This document shows, piece by piece, positions 22,748-27,250 of a DNA stretch of 27,250 bases. Origin of the DNA: Octopus sinensis (Eukaryota); contig NW_021834062.1 in NCBI RefSeq assembly GCF_006345805.1, positions 1-27,250 of the forward strand, read 5' to 3'. The notes under the pieces are model-generated. The model made no database searches and was not told the origin of the DNA. It saw nothing but the letters and a program-made list of their open reading frames with translations. Made by a program: the position numbers and the translations under genes. Each line of letters starts with the position of its first letter. The first letter of the stretch is position 1.

Positions 22748-22981
22748 ATTTCTTTGCTACCCACAAGGGGCTAAACACGGAGGGGACAAACAAGGACAGA
22801 CAAACGGATTAAGTCGATTACATCGACTCCAGTGCATAACTGGTACTTAATTTATCGACCTCGAAAGGATAAAAGGCAAAGTCGACCTCGGCGGAATTTG
22901 AACTCAGAACGTAACGGCAGACGAAATACGGCTACGCATTTCGCCCGGCGTGCTAACGCATCTGCCAGCTCGCCGCCTTAT
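22748..22981 (-). mobile_element. Full-length family A SINE with perfect 19-bp TSD
   Basis: CACATGCATACTGTTATAT at 22729-22747 and 22982-23000; head ggcggcgagctggcaga..gttagcacgccgggcgaaatgc. Confidence 0.95.
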
Positions 22982-23203
22982 CACATGCATACTGTTATAT
23001 CGCACGTTTGCTATATCGCAATACTACAGTGGTTGTATGAGCTACGAAATCCTGGTCACCACTGTTATATCGCACGCTCGGATGACCTCTACTCAACTCC
23101 TCGACGTCTAGACTTCTCCATCTATATCTACATATTGGGCTGGCCTACTTCATCGTCTGGGTGCGTCGACACAACACATACACAAACCCATATATATAAA
23201 TAT

Positions 23204-23254
23204 CGCTAAGCATTTCGCCCGGCGTGCTAACGTTTCTGCCAGCTCGCCGCCTTA
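23204..23254 (-). mobile_element. Family A SINE head fragment
   Basis: Near-identical to 22930-22980. Confidence 0.85.
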
Positions 23255-23257
23255 GAG

Positions 23258-23438
23258 TAGTCTAATAATGGGGTATATAAGTCCTCGACAAAAAAGTAAG
23301 CTTTCCTGTACGCGTGGGACTCGAACCCACACACCTTTGTTAAAGCGACTAAGTATGTTACTGATTACAAAAAGTCCCACGCGTACGGGAAAGCCTACTT
23401 TTTTCTGTCGAGGGCTTATATGCGCCATTATTAGACTA
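23258..23438. repeat. Inverted repeat, arms about 65 bp, with tRNA B-box-like motif
   Basis: Arms at 23258-23321 and 23373-23438 (5 substitutions and a 2-nt indel); minus strand GGGTTCGAGTCCC at 23328-23316. Confidence 0.85.
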
Positions 23439-24279
23439 TTTTCCTTAGTCAATTGCACGCTGATCGCTATACGCTTAAGCTTATAAAAAATACCATTATT
23501 TACAGAATTGTAGAAACCGACACCACTTAACAAAACCATGGGGCCAACTGGAGCAGGTGTCAACTTACTGTCATACTGGGCTAAAATCCTGGATGCAGGT
23601 AAAAAATCTGGGATCACTGCACCCATTTTGGCAATTTCCTACATTGTCATACAAATTTCGTTGTCCTCACTTTATCTCGTCTCTGGTCATACTGTGTATG
23701 AACGAGAGAGTGTATCCGATGCAGGCGCAATTCATACCGAATGTACTAAATCAAACATCGGCACACAATTGACCAACCGCTTACCAAAGGCCAAACAGAG
23801 TAGTTGTAGCACCTGGAGTAAACTGCATCTTTGCGACAATGAAATACAGACACTTCCATAACTTGGGGCGTTCAGAGGAAGAACTCACCATTTTCCGTCT
23901 CAGATGTGATTGCAACCCTCGATAAAAGACTACATAGCCAGTCATGGCTTTTATTGATTATCGCTAGCTTAAACGTGTTTGGGGTCCAAATGGCGAGTCT
24001 TTCGTTGTTGATGAGGATGTATCGCACACTTGTGACATTGATATATTGCACCCTTTTCTCCAGTCTCGTGCAAGATCTAGTGTAAGCGGAAGCTACTGCG
24101 ACTGTCTGGTCACAATTACTTCCGGCTTGACAAGTAGATGCCTTGGAGTGCGCTGCCGTTTGGTGGAATTTATTGCCATTTCTGATCGCTAATGAATGGA
24201 GATGACGGACCAGAAACAGAGCGTAGACTATATGGGATATTTTCTATAGAAGGGCGAATGAACAGCGTGGAATGTATTT

Positions 24280-24700
24280 GTGCGTGCGTGCGTATGTGTG
24301 TGTGTGTGTGTGTGTGTGAGTAAGTGATATAGAGAAGTAGTTAATGCGTGCTGTGGTTCTGTGTGTATTTTTGTGTGTGTGTATGTGTGTGAATGTGTTT
24401 ATGAGTGTGAATGTATGAATGTGTTTGTGTGAGAGAAAGAAAAAGAAAGAGAGTGAGAGAAAGAGTGAGAAGGAGAGAAAGAGAAAAAGACAGAAAGAGA
24501 GAGTGAAGGAGAAAGAGAGGGAGAGAAAGTGCCAGAAGTGTGTTTGTAATATTGTATTGTGAGCTTGTCTGTGTGTTCGTGAGTTACTGGATGGGATGCT
24601 GAACGGCGAGACAAGCGGATACGTGGTGGAGGTGTGCTTGTCTGTGTGTGTACCTGTGTGTGTACCTGTGAGTGTATCAATGAGTGTGTGTGATCGTCAA
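24280..24700. repeat. (TG)n/(GA)n degenerate microsatellite field
   Basis: Directly visible. Confidence 0.85.
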
Positions 24701-25204
24701 AGTGTAATGTGTGCTCGTTTATTCGAGCGCCTTCGTTTATATCGTAACGTGTGTTTGTGTGCGTGTGACTGCCCTATGTTTGTGTATATTCGCCATTTAT
24801 ACGGGACAGCGTGTGCGTATTCATAGTTGGAGGCTGAAAGGATTGTCTCAGACTTTAATGTGGTTGTGCGTTCATTTTTAGAACAAATAGCGCGATATTA
24901 TAAGTCGTCAATTGTTGATTAAATGTGGTTGGAGCGTGTGAGGTCTGTATAGGTGAGGAGGAGACGCTAGAGGAAGATGTGTGGTGAAATGAGACCATAG
25001 AGGTAAGCATAGATGTGTGGGTGTCGAGAGAGAAATAAAATGCAACCCACCGCGTGCATCGTTTTAATGGTTGATCAGCGTGAATAAATCAATCACAGAT
25101 CGCTTCTCTCAGCAGAGCCTAGTGCAGATGAAGCAGAATCGTCTGCTTCTCAGGAGTTGTCGTATGCTTATCTGTAGATGGAGGGATAAGAAAAAAGACA
25201 GAAA

Positions 25205-25222
25205 GATAGATAGATAGATAGT

Positions 25223-25282
<60 letters not shown>

Positions 25283-25568
25283 GCGATAGAGAGAGAGGAA
25301 ATGGTGAGAGTGACGCTGATGATTTATACATTTCAGCAACAGGGTCAAAAGAGTAACTACTCTCCTCTCTGTGCAGTCTGTGGTGATTAGTTTTATGAGG
25401 TAGTTTCATGCTTCGTATTGATGCAGGAACCGCCATTGGAAAAAAAAGAAGAAAAAAAAGAAACAGCACCTACCTCCGATATTGCTACTATCTATGTATC
25501 TACCCATCCACTTTTCTATTTATCTATGTATGTATGTATGTATGTATGTATGTATGTATGTATGTATG

Positions 25569-25616
<48 letters not shown>

Positions 25617-25617
25617 A

Positions 25618-25691
<74 letters not shown>
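25205..25691. repeat. (GATA)n at 25205-25282 and oppositely oriented (TATG)n/(TATC)n/(TGTC)n at 25521-25691
   Basis: Directly visible. Confidence 0.92.
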
Positions 25692-25692
<1 letters not shown>

Positions 25693-26231
25693 ACTCGACC
25701 GGTCAATAAACGGAAAGCAAGCTGCAAAAACCACCTCAGAAGCGTAAGTGGTACGGATCTCAACAGTTGACACTCTGATTGCTGAGAGACAAGAGGACAG
25801 GCTTCATATTTATACAGACACACACACGCACACACACACACACACACACACACCACGCACACAAACATATACCATATACATACACATAGACGTAAATTAG
25901 ACGTCGTCGAAGACTACAACAAAAACCAATTCGCTACCACTTGCCAATTCAATTTTCATAACGACAAATCGCAAGCCGTAACTGACATTGCAGATACCTT
26001 ACAATTATCTAGCATTTTTCTATGTATTTATGCTTAGAAACCAACTGACAAACAGTCTGGTTCCCAGCTTGAAAAATGGCGAAATAAATTGATGTTTTGG
26101 CCAGGAAACCAGGGTAGTTGTATTTCACATGACTTGTGGTTCTAATATAACATTATGTGTGTGTGTGTGCGTGTGTGTGTACAGAGAGAGAGAGAGGGAG
26201 AGACACAGAGAGAGAAATATATACATATGCA

Positions 26232-26860
26232 GGCGCAGGAGTGGCTGTGTGGTAAAAAGCTTGCTTCCTAACCACATGGTTCCGAGTTCACTCACACTGC
26301 GTGGCACCTTCGGCAAATGTCTTCTACTATAGCCTACTGTAGCCGATCAAATTCTTGTGAGTGGATTTGGTAGACGGAAACGGAAAGAAGCCTCTTGTAT
26401 ATGTAGCAAAATGTGAATCGGTAGTGAATCTTCTTTCCTATTGGACTCTCCTGTTTTGGAAGAAGAGCTTTGCTCGAAACGTTAAACCAGCTTTCTTTCC
26501 TTCCCTGAGCATCTGCTAATACTTTACATGCACCACCTCCTCGCGTTGATGTATTTTGTTATGTTTGATCTTCGTTTATATATGTATACGTATATATATA
26601 TATATATATAAATATACATATATGTATATGTTTGTGTGTCTGTGTTTGTCCCCTCTCCACACACACACCATCGCTTGAAAACCGATGTTGATGTGTTTAC
26701 GTCCTCGTAGCTTTGTGGTTCGGTAAAAGATACCGATAGAATAAGTACTAAGCTTACAAAGAATACGTCCTGGGGTCGATTTGTTCGACTAAAGGCAGTG
26801 CTCCAGCATGGTCGCAGTCAAAATGACTGAAACAAGTAAAAGAAAAAAAGAATAAAAGAA
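26232..26860 (+). mobile_element. Family B SINE interrupted by a pLTR-like insert in its internal microsatellite
   Basis: Head at 26232-26398, foreign insert at about 26403-26578, 3' module at about 26630-26860. Confidence 0.9.
26453..26487 (+). ncRNA. Degenerate minimal hammerhead-like motif (core UGGAAGA)
   Basis: GTTT-TGGAAGA-A-GAGC(TTT)GCTC-GAAAC-GTT-AAAC; same architecture and downstream motifs (cctgagc, ctaatac, ccacct) as 1651-1750. Confidence 0.55.
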
Positions 26861-26998
26861 TGTGCATGTACGCAGACACGCACACAGACACACACACACA
26901 CACATGTATATATATTATATATATATGTATATATATATATACACATACAAAGATATATTTATATACACACATATATATATTTATATTTAGATTATAAT

Positions 26999-27044
<46 letters not shown>

Positions 27045-27250
27045 TGTGTGTGTGTGTGTGTATATATGTGCTAGTTACATACTCACATACGCATATATAT
27101 GTCTTCCTGGGGTTACAAGCTACAGTAGCATCGACCCTTAAGGGTTAGCCACATTCAGGTGGCATGTATACTTCACGATGTCATGCTGCTTCTGTTTATA
27201 TCACGCTCAGAGATTTATTATTGATTTTATATATATATATATATATATAT

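Noticed and set aside
23538-23861. 107-aa plus-strand ORF and overlapping 124-aa minus-strand ORF
   Set aside because: No recognisable domain; the minus ORF runs through the inverted repeat.
27100-27230. Short complex segment between TA-rich tracts (similar context at about 7950-8058)
   Set aside because: Could be further PLE-end fragments, but no hammerhead motif, long inverted repeat or homology within the window was found.

Overview
Eukaryotic, AT-rich, extremely microsatellite-dense non-coding DNA. The SINE families look like those of an octopod cephalopod (Octopus-like); this is recognition, not a database result. No intact protein-coding gene, rRNA, tRNA or CRISPR array is supported, and nearly all ORFs in the track are microsatellite artefacts. 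Supported content: a frameshifted Penelope-like (PLE) reverse transcriptase fragment, a decayed IR/DR-type Tc1 transposon, R4/Dong-type LINE 3' ends in a (TAA)n tract, a CR1-type LINE 3' end, an L1/Tx1-type 3' end inside a (TCTA)n tract, about 15 copies of two tRNA-derived SINE families, and faint mariner remnants. The most notable signals are (i) three minimal hammerhead-ribozyme-like motifs, all with non-canonical cores, in PLE pseudo-LTR-like fragments, (ii) four small fold-back elements, three of them in (TA)n, and (iii) an apparent partitioning of retroelement types among different microsatellite targets. A few candidate exons are noted at low confidence.
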